A program made the translations under genes and the position numbers. The notes below the pieces were generated by a model. The model ran no database searches and was not told the DNA's origin. It saw only the letters and a list, made by a program, of their open reading frames with translations. DNA of 64,000 bases from a virus. Where the stretch lies: positions 1 through 64,000 of IMG/VR virus record IMGVR_UViG_3300035689_000004. The stretch is one strand, 5' to 3'. Shown piece after piece: positions 45,398 to 54,465 of the stretch. The first letter of the stretch is position 1. Each line of letters opens with the position of its first letter.

Positions 45398-46936
45398 ATG
45401 GACCTCACCCGCCTTCACCGCCACCTAGAGACCTCCCCTGACCTGGATTTACCCCTATCCCAGGCGAGGGAGCTAGCCAAACGCGCCAATGGCCGTGGCT
45501 GGGATGACGGCATCGACAAGAAGCCTGGCCGCCGTTATCGCACGACTCCGAACATCTGGACCACCTTCGAGGGACGCGGCCAACCCCGTCAGGGCTTTCT
45601 TAGCCCCGAGGTGATGCGGATGGTTTATATGCGCTCTGAGGTTGTCCGCGCCTGTGTCGATACTCTGGTAGAGCTAGTCTGCGGTTGTGATTGGACGATT
45701 CGTCCCATTGACGAAGAGAAAAGCCGGTGGCTACGCGATCGCCGCCCAGATGACTACAAAACCCTTAAAAAGCGCATCCGCTGGCTAGAAAAGTTCTTTG
45801 CCCACCCTGCCAACCATTACAACCTGGACCAGTTCCACCGCCTGATACTGCGGGACTTACTCATCTACGACGCGGCAGCCTACGAGATCGTGACCGCTGA
45901 TGTAAATGGCCATCGGTTGCCGCTGGAGTTGGGCGCGATCGCGGGCGATACGGTGGAGATCGATTGTGACGATACGGGCATCCCGCTGGCCTACTGGCAA
46001 AGCTATAACGTCAAGACCCATGTACGGTTTGAGCCGGAAGAACTAGCCTATATCCGACTCAACCCGGTGTCCTGGAGTCCCTACGGCATCTCTCCGATTG
46101 AGACCGCCTACGTCAGCATCGCTAGCGACCTGAACGCTAACCGGTACAATGCCAGCTTCTTTGAAAAGAACGGCATCCCCCCGGCATTGCTGGCGGTGAT
46201 GGGATTGTCATCGGCTGAGTTCCGTAGCCTCATGTCCCAGATGCGGCAAACCAGCCAGGATAACCCGTGGAATATCCACGCCTTCCGGGCCGCCCGGGAT
46301 GCCGAGGGCAAGAGCCAGCAGGTATTCGACCTGGTGCCCCTGTCATCGGTATCTAACCGGGAGATGCAGTTCACTGAATTGCTGACCCACGTGGTGCGGC
46401 GCATCACCATGCTGTACCGCATCTCACCGAGCCAGATCGGCTTTACCGACGAGGTGACCGGCGGCATCGGTTCTGGGGTAGCTGAGACCCAGGTGGACTT
46501 GATGGAGTCCAAGGGTGTCGCGCCATTGCTGCGCAGCTTGTCCTCTATCCATACTGAACAGGTGATCCACGGTGTTTGTGGGTGGGAGGATTTAGAGTTT
46601 GCCTTCACCCAATCCCAAACCCCGGCGGAGCAGCAAGAATACCAGCGCGATGCCGGTGAAGTCACCATGGGCGCAATGACCATTAACGAACTCCGTTCTA
46701 AGTGGGGTGGACGCGATGCCGTCGAGTGGGGTGACTCGCCCCTCCAGCCGCCGCCCATGTGGGCACAGGAGAAGCAACAATCCCAGCAGATGCTAGCCCA
46801 AGCCCAAGGCATGATGGCCCCACCACCGCCCGGGCAGGAGGACCCTAACCAGCAACCACCAGGACAACCACCGGAGGACCCTAACCAGCCCGAGCTAGAG
46901 AAAAGCGCCAGGAGGCTAGTGATCCGATGGAATTAG
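45398..46936 (+). CDS. Phage portal protein
   Basis: YGISPIE, N..FF..NGIP, EMQF.E......I...Y.ISP.QIG, G.MTINE.R motifs. Confidence 0.92.
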   Translation: MDLTRLHRHLETSPDLDLPLSQARELAKRANGRGWDDGIDKKPGRRYRTTPNIWTTFEGRGQPRQGFLSPEVMRMVYMRSEVVRACVDTLVELVCGCDWTIRPIDEEKSRWLRDRRPDDYKTLKKRIRWLEKFFAHPANHYNLDQFHRLILRDLLIYDAAAYEIVTADVNGHRLPLELGAIAGDTVEIDCDDTGIPLAYWQSYNVKTHVRFEPEELAYIRLNPVSWSPYGISPIETAYVSIASDLNANRYNASFFEKNGIPPALLAVMGLSSAEFRSLMSQMRQTSQDNPWNIHAFRAARDAEGKSQQVFDLVPLSSVSNREMQFTELLTHVVRRITMLYRISPSQIGFTDEVTGGIGSGVAETQVDLMESKGVAPLLRSLSSIHTEQVIHGVCGWEDLEFAFTQSQTPAEQQEYQRDAGEVTMGAMTINELRSKWGGRDAVEWGDSPLQPPPMWAQEKQQSQQMLAQAQGMMAPPPPGQEDPNQQPPGQPPEDPNQPELEKSARRLVIRWN

Positions 46937-48423
46937 AATTTATCGGTGATTGGCAACCCTCTGACGCCCACGCGATCGCGCTACAGCTGCGTAAATCCTT
47001 GAGCGTTGACGCCGGCGGTGGTGCTGAAATAACGGTGCAGCAGCTAGACGATAACCCGATCCAGCAAATGCTTAGCCAACGGCAAAAGCGATTGCTGGAC
47101 CTGCTGCGGGAGGCGGGTAGCAAAACCTTCAGTGAAGCGCCCCTGGCCAAGGCACTATGGACCGATGACCATACCTGCACCCCTGGTTGCCGCCATGATT
47201 GGCTGGAGGACTATAGCCTAGGTGCCCTGACCAAGGCGGTGAGCCGGGGAGCGCTCAAGCGCGATGCCCAGGGACGCGCCTATGTGTTTAATGCCAATAA
47301 CCGCTGGCAGCGCTACAATGCCACGCCGCCCCCGCCTGGTGACTATCGTTTCCCCCTAGGCGATGGTGACTATGGCCGGGGTGTTTATCTTCCTATCCTC
47401 GATACGCCCCAGGGCTACGCCAAGCTACGGGTACGGCTCAACCTATCGCCCGCTCAACTGATCAGCGACGATGAGTTCTATGCCATCGAAGACAATTTCG
47501 CCATGGACCTGACCACCGCCCTCGATCGCCAGGGCGTTCGGGGTGTGGTGCAGACCGAAGGCGATCGCGTGTCGTTGTTATTCCTACGCTCCCCCGCCGA
47601 CATCGAAGTGCTCGGGCTAATTGCTGACTCCGGCATCGTTCCCTCTGGGCCCGACTTTAGCTATCGCCTATCCTCCTTTGTCGCCAATGACGACCATTGG
47701 ACGCTGGATCTAGAGCTATCCCCCGCCGGTGATCCACCCTCCCCCCAGGCGCTTGTCAAGGCGGCTAAGGTTACCCTATTTCCCGATACGCCCCTAGCCA
47801 CCGCCACCACCAGCCGCGCTCGGGGGTTGCTTAGCCGTCGCCTGCTGCGGGATGCCTGCGATCGCCTCCGCGCAGACGGGCTAATGGGCTACTGCACCAT
47901 TCAACTGATTGATAGCGCCCCCGACTGGCTACCCCGCCATTGCAAAGCCTTTTGTCACCCCTCCACCGGCGTTATCTACCTGGTAGACCACGACCCCGCT
48001 GATGCTTTAATGGACCGGCTATTGATGCTTAGCCGTCAGCTAGAGGATGCCGCTAGCGATGGCATCATCACCTATGCCCAGGCGATGGATACCCTCCAGG
48101 CAGGGCTAAAGCTGACCAGTCAATGCTGGCTAGAATGCCTCCTGCGGCGGTTTATCGGAGCGTGCTTGATCGCTAGTCGCCATGACCTATCAACCAGCGC
48201 TGACTACGGCCCCTGGCAGGGCTACCTATCCTTGCAAGCCGCTCGCGGGATTCAGTACTGGGGCGATCGCACCGCGATCGTTCGGTGCATGGCCGAAGAC
48301 TATCGCTGTTGCTTTGAACCAACGGGACTACCTAACGAGGTGACGATGATTTGGGATATGGTGACGCCTGCGATCGCCAGGATGGCGCAACAACAATTGA
48401 TGGAGGTATTGAGTAATGCCTAA
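46927..48423 (+). CDS. Head-associated protein of unknown function
   Basis: Coupled to portal; several LxK[A/S] motifs and a ..NRW module. Confidence 0.65.
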   Translation: MELEFIGDWQPSDAHAIALQLRKSLSVDAGGGAEITVQQLDDNPIQQMLSQRQKRLLDLLREAGSKTFSEAPLAKALWTDDHTCTPGCRHDWLEDYSLGALTKAVSRGALKRDAQGRAYVFNANNRWQRYNATPPPPGDYRFPLGDGDYGRGVYLPILDTPQGYAKLRVRLNLSPAQLISDDEFYAIEDNFAMDLTTALDRQGVRGVVQTEGDRVSLLFLRSPADIEVLGLIADSGIVPSGPDFSYRLSSFVANDDHWTLDLELSPAGDPPSPQALVKAAKVTLFPDTPLATATTSRARGLLSRRLLRDACDRLRADGLMGYCTIQLIDSAPDWLPRHCKAFCHPSTGVIYLVDHDPADALMDRLLMLSRQLEDAASDGIITYAQAMDTLQAGLKLTSQCWLECLLRRFIGACLIASRHDLSTSADYGPWQGYLSLQAARGIQYWGDRTAIVRCMAEDYRCCFEPTGLPNEVTMIWDMVTPAIARMAQQQLMEVLSNA

Positions 48424-48531
48424 CTGCTCTCCCCGCAACTATTCAACACCGCCAACCCTCTGTGTAGTGGAGGTTGTCGGTTTGAGTGTTGGCAAATGGC
48501 CTAAATTTGGACTAAATGGAGGGCTGGAGTA

Positions 48532-50094
48532 GTGCCTACAGCGTATCTGTCCCCCTCGCAACTCAAGGAACTGACCGACGTATCAGTGAACCCTGGCTCT
48601 GGCCAGAATGGTTACCCTTTAGTCTGGAACAATACTACGGGCAAATGGGAAGCCTCTAACGCCTTCACCGGCACTTTAACCGGTAGTGCCACCAGCCTAA
48701 CTACAGGCAGAACCATCAGCGCTACAGGGGATGTGGCGTGGACCTCAAGCGCTTTTGACGGAACCGGCAATGTAACTGGCACTGCTACCCTAGCTAACTC
48801 AGGGGTGACCGCTGGCAGCTATACCAATAGCTCTGTCACCGTTGACGCCAAGGGCAGGGTAACCGCCGCCTCAAGTGGCACTGCACCGGTAACCAGTTTC
48901 TCTGGTGGGACTACAGGCTTAACCCCTGCCTCTGCTACGTCTGGCGCAGTCACGCTAGCAGGAACGCTAGGGTTGGGCAATGGCGGGACCAACGCAACTA
49001 CCGACACAGCCGCTAGGGCAAATCTGAAAATCCCTGAATATACCATTTCCCGTGGTCAAAACCTTGTATCTAACGGGTTTGCCACGATGGGGACGAATTA
49101 TAATTTTTCACAATTTACTTTTAATGGTGCTGATACTTACTTTAGCGGAGGTAGTTTCAGGGCAACGGGCGTTGATGATTATGGAATTACCCTGATTAGC
49201 GACGAATTTATGCCGGTCGATATAACAAAAACCTATATTTTAAGTGTTGCAGCAAAACAAACTGGTCAATCTTACATACTGTTTGGATTACGTTTTTATG
49301 ACGTCGATAAAAACCATATAGAGCCTAGACATTACCAATACATTCCAAACACAATAACGACCCTTGCAACAAACTTAAATCCAGGTGATGCGGTAATAAA
49401 TCTAACAAGTGGTACAAATTGGCTGCCGAATGGTGGTGGACCTATTCCAGTATGGCAACGCTCTATAATTTTTTGGAATTATCAAAACTCTTTCGGCGGT
49501 TCTTATCCTTTTTCTATTAATCCCTATAGCAGAAATTTTTATTACAATGTTTGGAACAATGGCGGCATTGTCGGTAATACCATTACTCTTAACATGCAGG
49601 GAGGGTGGCCAGGACCTTTCTATCCAGCCGGAACTCCTTGTTCAAACGGAGACATTAACGTTAACAATACTGATAAACATATAGCTCTTCATACTGGACT
49701 TGGGTCTGTAGTTAATAATGCGTTTTCGGTCCATTCTGGCAAAATCAGCCAAGTTGCTTTAACTGGCATTGATCAGCCAAATAATTTTCCTCCGGGGACA
49801 GCTTATTGCAAATTAGTAGCGTATATTTTCGGATCTTCACTTATTGATTTTTCCTCTATTTCCTTTAGCGAAGATTACAGCTCTTTGCCCCGCTACACTC
49901 CCACTAGCAACGCCGACAGCACTAATACCACTTCAGGCTCAATTGTGACTCCAGGCGGGGTGGGAATAGCAAAATCATTGATTGTCGGTGGTTCAAGGGT
50001 GAATCTAGCTAATTTGCCTACTTCACTTAATTCAACAGTAGCAATTGGAGACCTCTGGCGAGATGGAGACGTTATTAAGGTGAGAACTTCTTAA
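48532..50094 (+). CDS. Fibre/receptor-binding protein
   Basis: RTISATGDV..S..FDGT.NV...ATLANSGVTAGSY...VTVDAKGRVTA fibre motif; AT-rich C-terminal domain. Confidence 0.75.
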   Translation: MPTAYLSPSQLKELTDVSVNPGSGQNGYPLVWNNTTGKWEASNAFTGTLTGSATSLTTGRTISATGDVAWTSSAFDGTGNVTGTATLANSGVTAGSYTNSSVTVDAKGRVTAASSGTAPVTSFSGGTTGLTPASATSGAVTLAGTLGLGNGGTNATTDTAARANLKIPEYTISRGQNLVSNGFATMGTNYNFSQFTFNGADTYFSGGSFRATGVDDYGITLISDEFMPVDITKTYILSVAAKQTGQSYILFGLRFYDVDKNHIEPRHYQYIPNTITTLATNLNPGDAVINLTSGTNWLPNGGGPIPVWQRSIIFWNYQNSFGGSYPFSINPYSRNFYYNVWNNGGIVGNTITLNMQGGWPGPFYPAGTPCSNGDINVNNTDKHIALHTGLGSVVNNAFSVHSGKISQVALTGIDQPNNFPPGTAYCKLVAYIFGSSLIDFSSISFSEDYSSLPRYTPTSNADSTNTTSGSIVTPGGVGIAKSLIVGGSRVNLANLPTSLNSTVAIGDLWRDGDVIKVRTS

Positions 50095-50095
50095 T

Positions 50096-50404
50096 ATGGA
50101 ACAACTATCCCGATTTCAAGCTGATCTTACCCCCTCAGGCGCTATCTCCATGCAGGCGTACTGGTGCCGTGTGGCTACCATCGAGGGTGAGCCGCCGATT
50201 GTCGGCCCGTTGCAACAGGGGTTTGATCGCAACTATCCTTCTTTAGATGCCGCCGATCAAGCTGCTCTGGCGTTCCCTGACTTTGCTGAGCTAGCTGAGC
50301 AATTTCAGAGCCAGCCGTTTACGGCTTTTTGTGCCCTGCTAGAGGCGATTAAGAATTATCAGCCAGTACTCGAATTGCCTGAATTGCCTGAAGGTGAGCC
50401 ATGA
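50096..50404 (+). CDS. Fibre-associated hypothetical protein
   Basis: 102 aa, coupled. Confidence 0.55.
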   Translation: MEQLSRFQADLTPSGAISMQAYWCRVATIEGEPPIVGPLQQGFDRNYPSLDAADQAALAFPDFAELAEQFQSQPFTAFCALLEAIKNYQPVLELPELPEGEP

Positions 50405-51150
50405 CCCAAGTCCTCCCCGCCGCCCTTGTCGCCCCCACCCGAGCTGGCCAAAGCGTTGGCTACCAAATCCGTGCGGTCGATGGCACGACCATTGCCACAG
50501 CCTTTACCACCACAGGGGTAACGGAGGTTTCTGCTACTGGCTATTACCGTGTGAATGGTGGTATAAGCGCCCCTGACGATGGAGGGACGCTGGAGTGGTA
50601 CTTGAATAATGCAGGAGCGGCAGGGGCGTTCCTCAGTGCCGTAGCGATTGAGCCCGCGCCCAACCAAGCAGACCAAGCGGCAGTCATCCGCGCCGCCCTG
50701 GGGCTGGCTAGCGCCAATCTGGATAGCCAGCTATCGGCCATTAACAGCAAGACCACGAACCTGCCAGCAGCCCCCGCAGCCGTTGGCGATATTCCCACGA
50801 CTAGCCAGATCTGGACCCATGCCACTAGGGCACTGACAGACAAAGATAATTTCAATCTTGCCAGCTCCCAAACCTTCAGCACAACCGGATCGGTCGGTAG
50901 CGTAACCGGAGCGGTAACTGTTGGCACGCTGAATAGCAACGTGATCACTGCTGGCTCTATTGCCACTGACGCCATTACCGCCGCTAAGATTGCCGACAAT
51001 GCTATTGACGCCGCCGCCATTGCTACCGATGCAGTAATCGAGATCCAGGCAGGCTTAGCGACTCAGGCTAGCGTAGACACCAAGGCCAGTCAGGCCAGCG
51101 TGGATACACTCAACGCCAAGGCTGATGACATTACGGCATTGGTGCTATAG
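50401..51150 (+). CDS. Virion structural/fibre protein
   Basis: AIT...IA.DAI repeats; N-terminal domain resembles that of 52440..52940. Confidence 0.6.
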   Translation: MTQVLPAALVAPTRAGQSVGYQIRAVDGTTIATAFTTTGVTEVSATGYYRVNGGISAPDDGGTLEWYLNNAGAAGAFLSAVAIEPAPNQADQAAVIRAALGLASANLDSQLSAINSKTTNLPAAPAAVGDIPTTSQIWTHATRALTDKDNFNLASSQTFSTTGSVGSVTGAVTVGTLNSNVITAGSIATDAITAAKIADNAIDAAAIATDAVIEIQAGLATQASVDTKASQASVDTLNAKADDITALVL

Positions 51151-51158
51151 GAGGAGCT

Positions 51159-51557
51159 ATGGGCGTTATCTACCTGCCAGTTTCACTACTCCCCGACCTT
51201 GGCGATGCGGTCACCACCGCCACCGCCAGCATCAGCCTATCGGCGCTCAGGGCGGTAATCCTCGACAATGCAGGCCAGTTTGCCTATGCAGACAGCAGCA
51301 CCCCCAGCCATGCCTACCGAGTTGCTGGTATTCTGCCCTATGCGATCAGCCAAGGGGCTGAAGGCGTAGCCTACCGGCTAGGGGAAATTAGCGATGCGGT
51401 GTGGAACTGGACCCGTGGCAGCCCCATTTACCTGGGCACCAATGGCCAGCTTACCCAGTCGCCACCCACCACGGGCTTTTTGCTAGTGCTGGGCCAGCCA
51501 GTGTCAGCCACGACGATCAACCTTCAACCACCTTCTCCCATATTTTTAGGAGTTTAA
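51159..51557 (+). CDS. Putative head fibre/decoration protein
   Basis: WNW..G.PIYLG.NG.LTQ.PP..G....LG motif. Confidence 0.6.
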   Translation: MGVIYLPVSLLPDLGDAVTTATASISLSALRAVILDNAGQFAYADSSTPSHAYRVAGILPYAISQGAEGVAYRLGEISDAVWNWTRGSPIYLGTNGQLTQSPPTTGFLLVLGQPVSATTINLQPPSPIFLGV

Positions 51558-51561
51558 ATCC

Positions 51562-52080
51562 ATGACCACGAAAAAGTTTTTAACCGTTGTAAGCGGCACC
51601 CCTACCTTGACTGAGGCGCCTAGCAGCAGTGCTGGAGCGGGCGATGCCAACAAGCTGATCGCTACCAATAGCTCAGGCTTGTTGGATACCACCTTCCTGC
51701 CACCTGGCGTTGAGTTGCAAACAGTGCTTTTGCCGACCAGCGAAAACCTGACCGCTGGCGACTTTGTGAACATCTTTGACAACTCCGGCGCTCCAACCGC
51801 CCGCAAGGCGGATGCAAGCAACAACCGCCCTGCCATTGGCTATGTGTTGACGGGGGTGACCTCTCCCGCTAATGCCACCGTGTACCTATCTGGGCGCAAT
51901 ACCGCCGTCACCGGCGCTACGGTGGGCACGGTGTACCTAAGTGCTACTGCTGCGGGTGGCTTTTCGTCCACCGCTCCCGCCACCCCAGGCGCGAACGTCA
52001 TTCTACAGCGGCTTGGCAATGCGATTTCAGGCACGTCAATTGTGTTTGAAAATGACCCACCCATCGCCCTGACGGTATAG
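51562..52080 (+). CDS. Putative head fibre/decoration protein
   Basis: SSAGAGDANK..A....G.LD..FLP; E.L.AGD.VNI......ARKADAS. Confidence 0.6.
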   Translation: MTTKKFLTVVSGTPTLTEAPSSSAGAGDANKLIATNSSGLLDTTFLPPGVELQTVLLPTSENLTAGDFVNIFDNSGAPTARKADASNNRPAIGYVLTGVTSPANATVYLSGRNTAVTGATVGTVYLSATAAGGFSSTAPATPGANVILQRLGNAISGTSIVFENDPPIALTV

Positions 52081-52084
52081 CGCC

Positions 52085-52384
52085 ATGACTAAAGCAGTCC
52101 AGCTCAGCAGTTCAGGCAACCTGGAGACCACCAATATTTTGCCGTTGGTCTCCTTGCGGCCTGAACCGTTCTACAAAGCCATCACCCGCACCAATGGCGC
52201 CATTACGCAAATCAGCATTTACGTCAGCAATGGAGGGGCGGAGCTGTACCGCAAAACCATCACCCGCACCAATGGCGCTATTACCAGCGTCACCGAGACC
52301 GACTACACCCGCAGCCCTGCGGTAACCCGCACCAAAACCATCACCCGCACCGATGGCGCGATCGCCGCCATAGGAGTCGCCTAA
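52085..52384 (+). CDS. Small protein with K.ITRT.GAI repeats
   Basis: Three internal repeats. Confidence 0.6.
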   Translation: MTKAVQLSSSGNLETTNILPLVSLRPEPFYKAITRTNGAITQISIYVSNGGAELYRKTITRTNGAITSVTETDYTRSPAVTRTKTITRTDGAIAAIGVA

Positions 52385-52457
52385 TGCCCCAAACCATCAC
52401 CCGCACCGATGGCGCGATCGCCGCCATAGGAGTCGCCTGATGACCCAAACCATCACC
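52335..52457 (+). repeat. 56-bp tandem duplication creating an 18-aa mini-ORF (52384..52440)
   Basis: AAACCATCACCCGCACCGATGGCGCGATCGCCGCCATAGGAGTCGCCT present twice. Confidence 0.85.
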
Positions 52458-52940
52458 AGCATCGCTAGCCTAGGCTCTCGCTACACAGCGGGCATCCAAT
52501 ATCGCCTATTTGATGGCACTACCCTGGGTAGCCTCACCAATGGCACCCACCTGGGCGATGGCATTTGGCGGGCCGCAGTAGAGCTGCCAGATACTGGGGG
52601 CGAGGTGCGGTGGTTTGCCAATGCTGGGGCAAGGTTACTGGGAGTTGACGTGGTGGATGCGGCGCCATCCGTCAGTGTCGGTGAAAACATTGCCCAGTCA
52701 ATCTGGACCTACAGCCAAGGCGATCGCTCCCTTTCTGGCAGTCAAGCCACCCTGTTCTCTAACCTTTTATCCCTGGTGCAGGCCTTCACCCTGGGGCGCC
52801 ACCGCATCGACTTTGCTGCTAGTACAACCACCCAGTACAACATAGATGGCACCGTGCGACAGGTATTCAACCTCAGGGACAAGGACGGCAACCCCGCCAC
52901 CAATGCTCAGACCGCCGTTGATCGGGTGCCCCAACCATGA
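52440..52940 (+). CDS. Virion structural protein
   Basis: 166 aa; N-terminal domain paralogous to 50401. Confidence 0.6.
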   Translation: MTQTITSIASLGSRYTAGIQYRLFDGTTLGSLTNGTHLGDGIWRAAVELPDTGGEVRWFANAGARLLGVDVVDAAPSVSVGENIAQSIWTYSQGDRSLSGSQATLFSNLLSLVQAFTLGRHRIDFAASTTTQYNIDGTVRQVFNLRDKDGNPATNAQTAVDRVPQP

Positions 52941-53157
52941 GCCATTTTCCCGACGCCAGCAAAAAGGTAGGGAGCTAACCCCATGCTCTACCCCCTTGGA
53001 CTGACCGGCACCCTTTATCCCCTCGGGCTACACCCTGGCTTGGTAGCCATACTGATCAAATTTTGCTTAAACCGCCTAGCGATCGCGCCATCGCCCGTTT
53101 TTGCCCTTGCCTTGATGCCATCGCCGGTCCTCGATCTAGTCCTGGAGCAATGCGACC

Positions 53158-53613
53158 ATGCTGTTGATACCTACTGATAGCGCCTTGGACCTGTCGAGCG
53201 ATCGCTTGTACATCGGCGATACCTTCACTCTTAGCTTTAGCTTATCGGTGGAGAGCATGGAGGCCAGCTTTCGCCCCAACCTAAGCCAGGTCAACCTTCG
53301 CATGATCGGCAAGCGTAACCCAGGCGACCCGGACGAAAAAGCATTATTTGATAGCGCCCGGGCGACTAATCCCTATTGCACGATCGCCACCGATCCACCG
53401 GTGGGCACCACCTTGAGCGGACGCATCACCATCAACGGCGCGGCAACTGCCAAGCTAAAAACCTTCAAGCCCCAGCCAGAACTAGCTAGCTCCACAACCC
53501 AGCAAGCGGTGCTGTACTTTGCCCTGACCGCCCTCTACCAAGGTGAGAGTCGCCGTAAGGTATTGGCGACCGGTGAAATTACCCTACGCCGCGATCGCAT
53601 CGAGGACCCTTGA
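53158..53613 (+). CDS. BppU-N/Ig-like structural protein
   Basis: YIGDTF.L.F...GRITI....TA.L...LATG.I pattern. Confidence 0.5.
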   Translation: MLLIPTDSALDLSSDRLYIGDTFTLSFSLSVESMEASFRPNLSQVNLRMIGKRNPGDPDEKALFDSARATNPYCTIATDPPVGTTLSGRITINGAATAKLKTFKPQPELASSTTQQAVLYFALTALYQGESRRKVLATGEITLRRDRIEDP

Positions 53614-54335
53614 TCTATTACCGTTTCTATGGATGCTTGTACGAGCACCGGGGAGATCGCCTGTGCAAGGTAGCGGTCGGCACGATGCAGACCCGTAATG
53701 GCATCCAGTACCAGCTAAACCAAAACCATCGCTGGCAACGGGTCAAGGATTTTGCTGTCCATGAGGGCGATGAGGTAGGGCGTAACGTAGCGGCATGGAA
53801 GGCAGGCAAGGTGATTGGCGGAGCGGTCGCTAACCACGCGATCGCCATGGGTGCTGACCCGATGGCGGCTCAGTTAATTTCAGAAACCGTGGTGCAGGCG
53901 GGTACGGCAACGGCACTATGGGCCGCCCAGCAAGCGCGTAAGGGCACCCTTACCGCCGAAGGGTTAGCGGCTTACTTTATCCAACAATCAGCGGCGGCAG
54001 CCCTGGGCAAGATGGCCCACCACGAGGCAGAGCATTGGTTGCATACCTACAACGCCCAGGCGATCGCCCAGCAGGTAGGGCCAATCTTGGCGGGCAAGGG
54101 GGCGGGGCTAGGAACAGTTGTGACGACCGCTAAGACTAAAGCCCATACCGCGTTGGTAGACTGGGTGGTTAGCCGCAGCAAGCATGATCTAGCGATGCTG
54201 GGCAAGGTGTTTGGCCATGACCTAGCCAAGGCGGCTGACCCGCAGGCGATCGCATTGTTGTGGCAATTGCACCAAGCAGGTATTGCCATGGCCGCTATGC
54301 AGTTGAGGTATGCCCATGATGAACATCAGCCCTGA
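53610..54335 (+). CDS. Putative head cargo protein
   Basis: GTMQTRNGIQYQLNQNHRW module, LAKA, Ala-rich helices. Confidence 0.6.
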   Translation: MIYYRFYGCLYEHRGDRLCKVAVGTMQTRNGIQYQLNQNHRWQRVKDFAVHEGDEVGRNVAAWKAGKVIGGAVANHAIAMGADPMAAQLISETVVQAGTATALWAAQQARKGTLTAEGLAAYFIQQSAAAALGKMAHHEAEHWLHTYNAQAIAQQVGPILAGKGAGLGTVVTTAKTKAHTALVDWVVSRSKHDLAMLGKVFGHDLAKAADPQAIALLWQLHQAGIAMAAMQLRYAHDEHQP

Positions 54336-54465
54336 ACGCGCCGAACTATTGAAGCTAAAGGAAATGAGCGATGAGGAACGGCTTAGCTACCTGCTAGCCC
54401 GCCACGCGCTTATCCCCCTTGGCAGCCCACTGCCGCCTATCCATCAAGTGCTATGCGAACCCTAA
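54316..54465 (+). CDS. 49-aa hypothetical protein (not in ORF track)
   Basis: MMNISPERAELLKLKEMSDEERLSYLLARH...; GAGG RBS; fills the intergenic gap. Confidence 0.4.
   Translation: MMNISPERAELLKLKEMSDEERLSYLLARHALIPLGSPLPPIHQVLCEP

Noticed and set aside
48532-50094. Diversity-generating retroelement target in the Asn-rich fibre tip
   Set aside because: No reverse transcriptase and no template/variable repeat pair with adenine-specific mismatches seen
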